Source: Microthyrium microscopicum
Lineage: Eukaryota
Length of the DNA: 64,000 bases
Direction of reading: 5' to 3'
Assembly (NCBI GenBank): GCA_010405405.1
Contig: MU004237.1
Span: 1,189,345-1,253,344 of the forward strand
The notes below the pieces were generated by a model, which was not told the origin of the DNA, made no database searches, and saw nothing but the letters and a program-made list of their open reading frames with translations. Of the stretch, positions 24,794 to 36,128 are shown piece by piece. The position numbers and the translations under genes are program-made. Every line of letters begins with the position of its first letter. The stretch's first letter is position 1.

Positions 24794-27700
24794 TCCTTGT
24801 TCTCTACAAAGTCATCGAATATGATGACTCTCAACATCATGTCACAATAGCGCGAGTCTTTGCATTGTTTTATTGCCTATTCACGGAGAAAAGGGAATGG
24901 GTATCACTCATTGGGATAAAATCACAGACAGGAGCATGTTGTCTATGGGTCTTCACGATTGTTACGATACAACTCACGGGTACGGGCATCAAATCGGAGT
25001 AATACAACTATCATTTAGTTTGCGGGAACTGACAAAGCCACGTCTACGGACTGGAATGGTACCGGATTTTGGCTCTCGACGCGGCGTTCTATTTCCTTAT
25101 TTTTAGTTTATCCTAGATAGCTGCGTAAGTGCAGACAAGTGCTTGTGAAAGCAAAAATGTATTGTTCAAATTCACAATATTCTGTCCTATTTCGTGCTTT
25201 GCCTACAAATCGTATCAATTTGCGCGTCGTGAGAGCAAAATCGAGTTCGTTAATCATGCTTTTACATTCTACTCTCGCCATGTCTCGAATCTACTCTTCC
25301 TCACACACCCAGAGTTTTGCCACTACATACCCGTCGTGCAGTATAGAGAAGCAAGATCTATTGCAAAATGGACAATCCAGATACATGTCTCGAGTCTATT
25401 CTTTTTCATACAACGAGTCCCGCCATCAGCGTCTCGTGTGGTTCACAGGGTCTTAATTTGCCCTATTACTCTACAACCCGCACTCTTTCTTTACCAGTAT
25501 TCTTCTACAAATCGCAAAATATCTACCCGGCTCTCCTTCCGAGCCCTCAGCGCGCCGGGAAGCACAAGTAGGGCAGTAGATCGAAGAACCGGGACCTTGG
25601 ACCGTTATTGAACATCATGTCTCCATGCTGAGCATCAAGAACTCAAATCATCAATTTCCAATTCCATTTTCACCCAGCGCCCAAAGCTGTTTGCTTTGCT
25701 GTATCGTGCTCACCCGCTGTGTTCCTCCTCGGCTATACCAAAAAACCCATACTACTCAAATTCTGGCGCCTTCTACCAGCGTCCGCAATACTCTACCGAT
25801 TCCATAGCACCCAACTGACCAACGCACCCTCCACGCCCTGATCATGGCTCCGCAGTCTCCCATGTCGAATGCATGTGAACGGTGTGGGGATCGCTCAGAC
25901 GGGGAGAGTAGTAGTAAAGCACAGTCCAGCCCAGCAGCATAGATCCTGTCATCAATCAAGTGAGAGTGTCCCCAACTAGCAGTGCAATCACAGGCAGACC
26001 GCGCAGGCGAATTGAGGCCGTGCGGAGATCGTCCTGCGTTCTAATATATGTGGTGCACCCGGCGGCTGCAATTTGTTGCACGCTGCATGTGCGGCCACGT
26101 TGAGGATGGAACGCTAGGCCAGCGGCTAGGAAGGGAGGCGGTCTGGGATATGGTGCTTTGCGTTATGGGGAAGGGGCATATAGAGATGGGGAGTGAGATA
26201 TAGGTTGGGATGGAGGGATTTGATATTGGTGGGGAGAGATGTTACATGATTTGGGTTGGTGATGTAGGGTACTTTACTAGTCTAATAGATTTTGAGATAC
26301 TGAGATCAGGCACTATTATTTGCTTGATACAATTTCTTGCTAATGTATCAAGATGTCGTTAAATCTTGCAAGTAATAGCATCACATATGGGAAATAAAAC
26401 TGCTCATGGTCATGGATATTAGCGATCTCTCAGCCACCTGCAGACCAATATCGCGCAAACTAACTTGCATATTATTCCCGCTATCCCTTCGCCCGTAGCA
26501 TCTAATCGTACAGTAACCAAACCAGGCTATGCAGTTCATATATCTCATCCCAATCTAGCCGCAAGGGGTCACGCCCAGGATTACGATCCGCACCATGGTG
26601 GGAAATGCTGGAGCTTGACCCCCTACTGGAGCTCAGGCGACATGTTGAAAGCTACTCCGTGCCTTTTCGCTCATATTGGGCCATAGCTTTGACTCTTGAC
26701 CATTCTTTTTGACTGTGTCCGTCCGATGAAATAGCCCCGAGGCCGAAGGCTTGCCTCGCTCTTTACCCCACATAGTTCATCCCAGTTGTCATCTTTTTGA
26801 CATGTCGAAACCTGGTGATCACTGAGAACCTGTGCGTCGGTTCTTGGGTCGGCTGGAGTGAAACTCAACCTTTAAAGTCGCGAAGCTTTTTCCTTGTGAT
26901 AATCGTTACGGGCTCTGGATGCACGTCATAATTCAATCTCTGCGACTAGGAGATTTAGGGAGTTGCTGTCTGCTGAATAGGACCGAATAGGTCATTCGGT
27001 TCAAACAGACTCACTAAGATGAGATTTTGCGGATTCGCGGGCCGTTTAAAGATTTGGCGAACAGCTAGTGCTTTTGAACCAAGTATCCGCCTGGAGTTGC
27101 CGTAATGGCAAAGGACGTTAGGTTATTCATTGACTCCGCTGTCAGATGAAAGCGAAATTATGCTGTTAGCATAGGCTCAAAGACCATTTTCCCATGCTGG
27201 AGGCTATAATCACAACTGGGACTCACATGGCCTCCATGCCAGCTTGTTTGCAAAGGTGCTCGCGTTGTCTTTGTCTACCACTGACGTAACGAAAACACTG
27301 GCATATCTCTGAGATGCAAAAATTGACACTGCTCAAGCTCTTTTCGATCGTCGGCCGTTTTAGTCATAGATAGTTTGCAAGAAATGCTATGGCAAGTGCG
27401 CTATCGGTATCCTTGTAGTAAGTAGTAGAGATTTGATAGACAGGTACTTTATAATACAGATACTAGAAAGCTCATACACTAGAAAGTGGCCACTTGGTGG
27501 TCGAGCAGGATATCGATGCACACACTCGAGTTTTCGAAACTGGGGAACTGCCGTCAAAAGCAATCTAGGTGAGCGAAAATCACCGTTGGCCATAATCGCA
27601 TTGCTTGAGTCAACTTACTTGTTCAATCTACCACTACCAACCCAGGACTTGATCTGCCCCTGTTGGAGAAAGATACACTGTTAGATTTGATGATGTAGGG

Positions 27701-28268
27701 ATGTGCTAGGTCCCGCGTGTATATTGCGGCTCTAATTCTTATATTCTGTTGATCCGCATAATCAATGAACCGTCCGATCGGTCTGCCTGAAATATCGTGA
27801 CTTTTACCAAATCGAGCACGAGATGTGACTTTCGATATCATTACAAGAGGAACATGCTGCGAACTCGGAAGATACCAGCTCTCACCATTTGCTGGATATC
27901 ATGCTCGCAATGACAACAACATGTCGACATTTGGGCAGTGAGGATAGGAGTGATTCCAAGTCTTGATCATAAATGCAAGAAACCACAAACTCAAGAACTC
28001 TGTAAATGGCGAGAATAGCTGTTGTCGACTGCAATCACATGGAGTGTATGTATACGCTGGTTGATCTGATGTGGAATGTACACATGAGGGTCGTAATGAT
28101 AGTTAGAGTTGGCGCCGGCCTGGAGCAAGTATCAATGACCCGTTGGAGAGTCTGCCATGAGTTGGGAAACCTCCGGAGAGTATTGCCTTTTAGTGATTGG
28201 GAAAGAGAATCGCATGGAGTGAGGTTGGAATTGAGATCCTGCTGTCTTGTCTTAGACTGAACCCCTGA

Positions 28269-28797
28269 ATTTGTCGGGTGCAGAATTATTTTCCCCTCGT
28301 GCACGGGACTTTTAAAAAAGACAGATCCAACACCTTGAACCAAGTATATAACTCTCTCAACTTGAGGCCAAAATTGCTAAAGCCTAGCTTGTTAGATACA
28401 GAATATTAAATGATGCATCCTTGTAGGCTGTTGCTTATTTATTTACGTTGTTGAGTGAGCATGTTTAGCTTGAAAGTGGTCAAAAAGGCAAAGCCAAAGA
28501 CTTGAGAATGTGAACGAGGCTGCCAAGCCTTGCCAAGCCTTCAGATTAAATCTCAAGTTATTAAGCTTTCTGGACGTTTATCAAGTCTGCTTCATCACCA
28601 CTAATCTTTAAAGACTCTAGGCTACTGGAAAAGATGCACATTCTTAAGATGTCTCATCTCACGAAAGGTTGATTTTAATCAGATCTGTGGTCGTAACGCA
28701 GACGTAGTTATTGCTCTGAATCTAACTTCAAGATGTTGAATCTTTTTTTTTTAAAAGGCCCGTGCACGAAGGGAAAATAATTCTGCACCCGACAAAT
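28269..28797. mobile_element. MITE-like non-autonomous DNA transposon (529 bp) with about 71-bp terminal inverted repeats
   Basis: 28269-28339 (ATTTGTCGGGTGCAGAATTATTTTCCCCTCGTGCACGGGACTTTTAAAAAAGACAGATCCAACACCTTGAA) is the reverse complement of 28727-28797 with 6 mismatches. AT-rich non-coding interior; no clear target-site duplication. Confidence 0.75.
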
Positions 28798-29337
28798 AGT
28801 GTGGTGTGAACGAGCTAGTCCCAAAAAATCCATAGCTTTCGCATCTCACTCATCATTGGATAAGTCTCACTTCTATCGCTGATTCAGCTGCTGATTAAGA
28901 CTGACCGGCTTACTTCATTTTTCATCTGCAAATGCCGTTGCCTTTATACATGGTGCAAGTTGAGGTGTCCGTTGGTACTGAACAGGAAGTCGGCTCTGCC
29001 ATGGACTCTTAAAGGAAGCCATCAGGTGAATATCTGATTGAGACAGGAGCGCCACCATTACCATCTATGAAGATGCCACTGATTTTCACGAAGTCGATAA
29101 ATTGTCTTGCCTCTTCAAACAATTGATGAGCAGAGCAGTGTCTTCACATTGAAGCAGGCGATGGTAGCTGGCGAGATTGATAGGCAAGCACCAATTGAAT
29201 GCAAGACCGCCTGCGCAATGTTGATGCACCTGCCTAATTGAAATCGCTACCTCAGCAACATCCATTAAGCGCTTTCGTGTTACCTATCGCCTCTCTATGT
29301 ATCACGTCAAGTTCTCTACATCCTATCCTTATCCTCA

Positions 29338-30689
29338 ATGACAGACCAAAAATCCAATTGGGCCATTGTAGTACACTGTGGAGCGGGGTACCACTCAAGG
29401 CAGAACCAGGCGAGACATTTAAGATGTCTTGACAAGTACGCTTCTTCCATATATCCTGCAATTGCCCATACACCACGCCATGAATCATCTGACTCTCTCA
29501 CAGTGCATGTCGCTCCGCCGCGGAGCTATTACGTCGTGGAGCGGAAGCAACGGAAGCTATTGTCGCTGCCGTCAAAGAGATGGAAGACGATCCTATCACA
29601 AATGCAGGCTTCGGCAGTAACCTCACGGAAAGTGGCACGCTTGAAGGCGATGCCACCCTCGTAGGGAAATCTGGCGCATTTGGTGCAGTTGGTGCTATAC
29701 CTAGTAGGCTCTTGTGACCTATCATGTGGAGATATTATTTTGACGCTGAAATAGAGGTCCGCAATCCAATAGCGGCTGCTCAGGCAGTCTACGCCCACGC
29801 CAGAGAACCAATGGCCCTCAACCGGATGCCACCAAACCTGGTAGCCGGAGAGAGCGCCGCTAACTACTATGCAACGCTTGGTGGCCGTTTGGACATCCCA
29901 GAAAACATCGTCGAGGATGCCGCCGTCGCCCAGCATGCCGTCTGGCGACAGCAACTGGACGATCATGAACGTGGTGACTCCGGTGAGTAGATGAATTCGC
30001 CTTGTTATTTCTCCGGAGAACTTATCCAGTTAGATATCGTCAATGACACAGTGGGGGCTATTGCTATCGATTCCTATGGTGAGATTGCTGCCGCATCATC
30101 TTCAGGCGGTCTTGGTCTGAAGAAACCTGGTCGAATTGGACCGGCAGCCTTGAATGGAGTAGGGACTTCTGTGTTCCCGAGACGCATAGGTGATCCTTTA
30201 CGCAGAGTCACCGCTATTGTTGCCAGTGGAAGTGGTGAAGACATCACCAAAGTGTCAGCGGCAGCATTTGCCGCAGAACGTCTTTACGATTCCAAGTTCC
30301 GTGGACCTAACGGTGATCTTCAGACCTGCGTGATCGACGAAGGTGGTCCAATTCTTGAGAACTTTATCCAGGAGGAATTCCTCCGTCATCCTGCAGTTCT
30401 TGATACTGCTCTCACCACACCTCCAGTTTTGGGCCTGGTCGGACTCAAAAGCAGCGTGGACGGAGCTTTCATGTACTACGCCCACAACAGCCAATCTTTC
30501 GCACTTGGTTCAATGACGAGCACTGACAAGAAACCGGTCGTCATGATGTCGCGGATAGGATCGTCCTCAAAATCCGATATAGTCCATGGTGCACGTCGCC
30601 TGCTTAGTTCGTCGGTTCCCGATCAGTCTAGTTCCTCGCCCATGAGCCAAAATGATGGTTCAGGGAGTGGACAATATGAATTGGAATAG
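29338..30689 (+). CDS. Threonine aspartase 1 (taspase-1)-like Ntn-hydrolase, asparaginase type 2 family
   Basis: Four exons. AIVVHCGAGYH, EDDPITNAGFGSNL, autocleavage site D|TVGAIAID, and ASSSGGLGLKKPGRIGPAA. Confidence 0.88.
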
Positions 30690-31388
30690 AATTCTGGCCA
30701 ATCCTCATCACGAACCAGGCAGTCCCCATTCAAAAAGCTGAGACTCAAGCGCAACGGCCTACAATGACCCCACCCGCAAATTGTCTCGATTCAGCATGTA
30801 GAGAACGGCGAAGCCCAATGTTGGATAAACTATTACCTAATGACATGACGCCCTAACACCATAGCAGCGACTCCCTATATAGTACTACCTTCAACCTCCT
30901 TCCAAACAATATCAATTGCCTATGAAGCTTTCAATTTGGCATTTTCCTTCTATCTAAGCTCTTGATGATTTATCTCTTCTGCACTACTCTCATCCCGTAC
31001 TTTATGAATCACACATTCTATATCATATAGTCCCGCATCCTCAACGAATTAGAAATGATAGCAACTTTCAGTGTCACAGGTTCGGCTATGTTTTCAAGCC
31101 GACTATTCTAACATACAATGGATATGGGTTCTGGAGACGCCGTAAATAAATTGTCACCTTCACATTGGTCAACAAGCTTATACAATGCATAACGATATAT
31201 GGGATGTAATTTTCATGCTTCCCAACTCTGGATTGATATCAACAACGCCATATCATGCCATTATCATTTACTGACACTATACTGCAGAACATGCAAAACA
31301 ACCAAAACAGACGCGAGATAGTTCACAATCGCGTCGTCCTTCAAGGACAACAGCATCAAAAAGAGCCTTCTGAGTCACTCAGTGGCGT

Positions 31389-34161
31389 CTACTGTCCTTC
31401 AGGGCGTGGGCGTCTATTGTCCGCGTGCCAATGTTGCCACCATTCATCTGTGGTGAGGGGAGTCCCTATACCCGTCTGTTGCGCCCGGAAATGCTGAGCC
31501 TCCCACCCATTGGGATTTCGCTTGAGCCGCGCCCGTTGCGCACCATCAGCAAATGCCGCCTGCGCTTTCCGACCTAGTTCTAAGCCTTCAGCTTCACTTA
31601 TCAAAGGATCACCCTCGCGGATCCTTTTCCCACGAGGAGGCATCATCTGACCATCATCCCAGCCCGTTGGACCTCTACCACGAGGCATTTGACCGGCCAT
31701 TTGACCTCTACCGCCGGGCATTTCATTTCCTTGGCCGGCCATTGGGATAGGACCCCTACCAGCCGCCGCCTGTCGACGATTTGTGTGAGCATTTACTTGA
31801 CCAAAACCGCCAACGCCTGGCATCATGTTGCGCCTACCTGGGAAGCGTTGTTGACCACCGCCAAAGCCTTGACCGCCGCCGAAGCCTTGACCGCCGCCGA
31901 AGCCTTGACCGCCGAAAAAGCCTTGCTGATCACCAAAGCCTTGCTGGCCACCAAAGTTCATTACCATTGGATTTCCGAATTGGTCGACACCGATTGGTCT
32001 TCCCCATTCATCAAAGCCCCAATCCTGTTGTGGGGGATCTTCACCTTCGATCTGGAAGGGATTATTGCCAGCGCGCTCGAAATCAACTTCGGGTCTCAAA
32101 ACGCCTGCAGCGCGCGCAGTGTCGTCTTGCTTGACCGCATCTGAGACCTTCACTTTGAGATCGTCGGCAGTGAGCTCAGGATGTTGTTGGAGGATGCGAG
32201 CGATAGTGCTTGCTTCTGCTTGTTGAGCTGTTGGCTGTTAGTCCCGCTTGTACCAAACAGACGTGAGTGAACAAAGGATGATAGAAACAGTTGAAACTTA
32301 CTTGCAGCCAGAGCGAGCTCCTCGTCGTTGTATGAGAACAGGGCGCATCCTTTCCCGAAATGTTGACCTGCAGTTGCTTCAGGCAGGGGCTTCGAACATA
32401 GGTAGCTAGATATTCTGTTAGCTCACTACATTTCGTTTTTGCCAATCAGCAAGGCCAGATACGTACCATTGATGGCCACCACATCTTGGTCGCATACACT
32501 TTATGTGGTTGCAACCTGTTGACTTGAAAAATACCATGCCGCATTTGCTAGGAAAGTATAAGTTAGCATATCTTGTGTGTTAGGTATTCAGCTGAAGGCA
32601 AAACACTTACTGGCACTCTTTCAACAAGGCCTTAGTCTGCGCTTCCTCTACCTCCTTGCGCAGCCGTGAGATCAGCACATCTTTATCGCCGCCCTCTTCC
32701 TCGTTCTGCTCATCCTGCTTTCTCTGCTTCTCCTCTTCACAAGTATTGCCCATGTGCCACTGCTCTTTACACAGCCGACAACTAAACTTTCCACAACCTT
32801 GGCAATTAAAAGTCCAAGTGGCCTGCTCTTCCATATCGATCTGCGCAAGCACTTCGGCCTTGAAATCGCAGAATGGGCACTCCACCAGCTCAACACCTTG
32901 AAGGCTTGACGCAACATGCTTTGCGATGTTCTTGTCCAGCATCGCGAGCATACCAGCGTCGAGAAAGCGCGCTAGCTCCCGCGGCTCAAAACCTTTCTGA
33001 CAACCGTCCATGTGCGGGCAGCGAATGTCCCATTTGCCTTCAGGAACCTTTTCTTTGAAATGGGCGGTGGCACAGCCGAAGCAGATGTGATGGTCGCTCT
33101 TGTATTTGCGGCAGTGAGTCATGTCTTTGATAGGTTGCTCATCGCAGCAGACACCACTGGAAACATTTGGTTAGTATAACGTATTGGCGTCGGAGAAGAT
33201 ATGAACTTACCATTCCGCTTCCGTAGCTGCTGGCTTGAGTGGTGGAGGCTTGAAGGTTGATATGGCGGGTTGAGCACTCTGTATTGCTGGAGGAGAGCGG
33301 ATTGTTGGTGCTCGTGCGGGAGCCGGAAATGGAGCTGGAGGCGGTTGTGTTCGATGAGACGATGGCATTGTAGCTGCTCGTGCAGGCGTGGCTGCTGCAG
33401 GTCTCTTTCCCTGAGCAACGAAGCTTAGAGGTGTTTTGGGCATTGCGCTGGCTGTAGGCTTGACTACAGGTTTGACTACAGAATTGGCGGCAGGTTTGGC
33501 AACGGGTTTAGCAGCAGGCTTAACAGCAGGTTTTGCGGCAGGTTTTGTTAATGGCTTTGGTGCTGCAGCAACACTCGCTCTTCTGACTGGCGTACTAGCT
33601 GCTGCTTTCACTGGAGTCTTCTTCACCAGTGGCTTCGCGACAGGTGTAGTTGGCACTGGCAAGGTCGCTGCTCTCTGCGGTTCAGCCGCTCCTAGCGACA
33701 AAGCAGCCAATTCAGCTTCAAGGGCCGCCCTATGTCTCGCTTCTGCTACTTTGGCCTCCAGCTGCTCTATTGTCAATTCGCCTACTGCGGGTGTGGCAGC
33801 GGACTGACTAGCACCGGTAGTGACATTCTTCGCTACCGGCTTTTTTGGCTTCGGCGGAAGCTTGGTTTTCTTTTTAAACATGTCGGTATCTAGGTCTGCT
33901 GGCGCTGTTTGACGTCTGCTAAGATTAGGAGATACTGAGGTAGATTGTGCTCTATGTCTAGAACGAGAGCGATGGCGAGAGCGGCCACGACTTTCGTGGC
34001 GATGAGAGCGGTGGGAGCGATGACGAGAGCGATCTGTGTTTGTTTTGCTGCTAGATTTGCGTTCTATTTTGGTCAGATTTACACATGTATGCTTGATGTG
34101 GAGCTGACGTACCTTCGTCAGAATCTTCGTCTTTGCGGAAAATTTTGTTGAAAAGACCCAT
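31389..34161 (-). CDS. RBR (RING1-IBR-RING2) E3 ubiquitin ligase with low-complexity N- and C-terminal regions
   Basis: Inferred exons 34161-34113, 34063-33211, 33156-32611, 32547-32467, 32405-32302 and 32227-31389. RING1 CGVCCD...C...HHICFGC...CPHMDGC; IBR CPFC...CQGCGKFSCRLCKEQWH...C; RING2 CHKC...KSTGCNHIKC...C...CYLC. Confidence 0.88.
31855..31952 (-). repeat. Coding tandem repeat (18-bp unit) encoding GGQGF-type repeats
   Basis: Plus-strand AAGCCTTGACCGCCGCCG at 31864-31881 and 31882-31899, partial copy at 31900-31914, plus degenerate copies. Confidence 0.85.
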
Positions 34162-34368
34162 GTTGGGGGAAAGTATGCTGGATATAAAAGCAAGGAGCAA
34201 AGCGCTAGAAATACGTACATAAGAACTACGTTAATCATGATATTAGTGAAGAAAAGTTCATGAGACCGGCTTTAGAATGAAAGTTTTTCGCTTATCACTA
34301 GGCGGACCTGATTGTTCAATCAGAGGCAGTGAATAGCAATTTAAGTGTCTATTGGTGATTTCGGTGGT

Positions 34369-35591
34369 TTATTTATCGCCACGCATTGTGCGGAAGAAAT
34401 CCATTACACCGGTGAATACCACAAGTAAGATACCTCCACCGGGCCCAAGACGCAGAACCTTGGGGAGAAATCCTTTATAAAGTGCTCTGAATCCTTCCTC
34501 GCGCATTACCGTGCCCAGGGCAGGGAAAGCCCAGTTGTATTTTGGAACTGTTCCGACAACTTTGGTAGAGTTCTGGATGCGTGATTTCACAACGTCCATT
34601 GGTGTGTTGAGAATAGTACCGACGGTTCCACCAACTGTTCCAGAAATAATGTCATTGGTGATTTTGCTCTTGTTAGTGGTAGCTTCAGGCAATAAAGCCT
34701 TGACTTGGAAAATGCATCCAAAGTAACCAGCATTCCAGAGTATATGGCGCCACAAAGTGCTCTCTAGACCTTGGTATAGAGTGAGGACACCTTCTTGTGC
34801 GATGACTTTGCGGACAACGTCGATCATGCCCGTATATTTGTGAGCTTGAGCTTTGTCCTGTAGACGGATCTTGACAAGCTCAAATGGAACAACAACAAAC
34901 GCTTCAGTAGCACCAGCCGTGGCGCCAGTGAGTACAGAAAGTGACTGATTCATCTTGGTAACGCCAAATAAATTGCGGTAAACTTTGCCCCATTCATCGT
35001 TGGCGGCGAACTTGGTAGCACTATAATTTTGTTAGAAGCGAGCTTCATAGTGGGCTGGGAATTCCAATTGAATTGCTAACCGCTTTGGAGCTTCCATCAA
35101 TATTGGAGCTGAAATTCCACGATAGAGACGCGAGAAACTGTAGTTTGAGTTTAGTCTTATACCCTGTCAGTGACACTGATAAGAGCTTACCCTTCATTGC
35201 GGATAATCTTTCGAAAGCAATCAACCATGCTTGTGTAAGCTTCTTCTCCGACTTCTTTCCCAGTCTGGAGCTGACTGAACAGAGTTAACTATATTTCCAC
35301 AGCCTCAGATAAATGCTCTTACACTCGAGTCTTGACGACATCTAACGGGTACCTGTCCTAGTTAGCAAAATGAACTAAGAATCTTGATCTATGACTTACA
35401 TGACAAGAATCTACAGTTATTGCCAGGTTAACAGGCGATCACCTCGAGCATCAGCCATAGAGACATACCTCCGAAACACCAGCTACCGCACCTAGTGACG
35501 ACAAAGTTAGCGCTCTATCAGTGAAGCACAACGGAAGGTACATACCGGCAGCGAACTGATAGATGAATGGAAGGGGTTTATCGGACGACAT
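34369..35591 (-). CDS. ODC1: Mitochondrial 2-oxodicarboxylate carrier
   Basis: Seven exons: 35591-35546, 35491-35469, 35410-35400 (11-nt microexon), 35352-35323, 35274-35191, 35137-35081 and 35020-34369. KPLPFIYQFAAGAVAGVSEILVMYPLDVVKTRVQLQ; three PX[DE]XXK motifs; LRLGPGGGILL. Confidence 0.95.
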
Positions 35592-36052
35592 GATGACTGG
35601 CGGTGCTCAATCGAGTAACTAGAAGATATTGACTGAATGGCGCTTGGATTTCACACCCAAAAATAACTACTCTGCAGCGGGCAGGAGCGGTGACGAGAGG
35701 GAGAAGAGACAAAAGAGAGTGCCGGCGAGGCTAAAGAAGGAGAACGGGACGATATATCAGGAACCCATGTGCAATGACTCAATGTAACAACGACTTGAGG
35801 TGGTTTCCAACAAATTCGCTTTTGAAATCAGGAATAGAAGCACGCGATATGGCAAAGAATACAAAGTTGAGAGATATAAAGTTTAGTTGGGATGCGGGAT
35901 CGATTTCAGGAGGGAGTTGATTGGCTCCGTTGCGCCGATTGTGCGCCAAGCCGCTAGGAACCAAGACAGTTAGGCAGCCTGCGATATGGTCCAAGCGCCT
36001 GTCGTTCATCCCCTAAGCTTCAATTGGACGAGAAACACTCTCCAGTTACTTG

Positions 36053-36088
36053 ACGCGTCTCAACGCGTTCCTGGTGGGTGCTCGCGTC
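36053..36088. promoter_or_regulatory. MCB cluster upstream of DNA2
   Basis: ACGCGT at 36053-36058 and 36063-36068, plus TCGCGT at about 36082, 40-75 bp before the ATG at 36129. Confidence 0.65.
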
Positions 36089-36128
36089 TAACCCACAATA
36101 TTGTTTACTTTCATAGCCTACTTCTACC

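Noticed and set aside
17725..29337. Telomerase RNA in the large intergenic gaps beside the Tbf1-like gene
   Set aside because: No TAACCCTAA-type template seen on either strand by eye; only partial matches.
34162..34238. Hydrophobic N-terminus MINVVLMYVFL... of ORF 33207..34238 as a signal peptide
   Set aside because: That frame reads through a canonical 49-nt intron (34112-34064); the spliced start at 34161 is more plausible.
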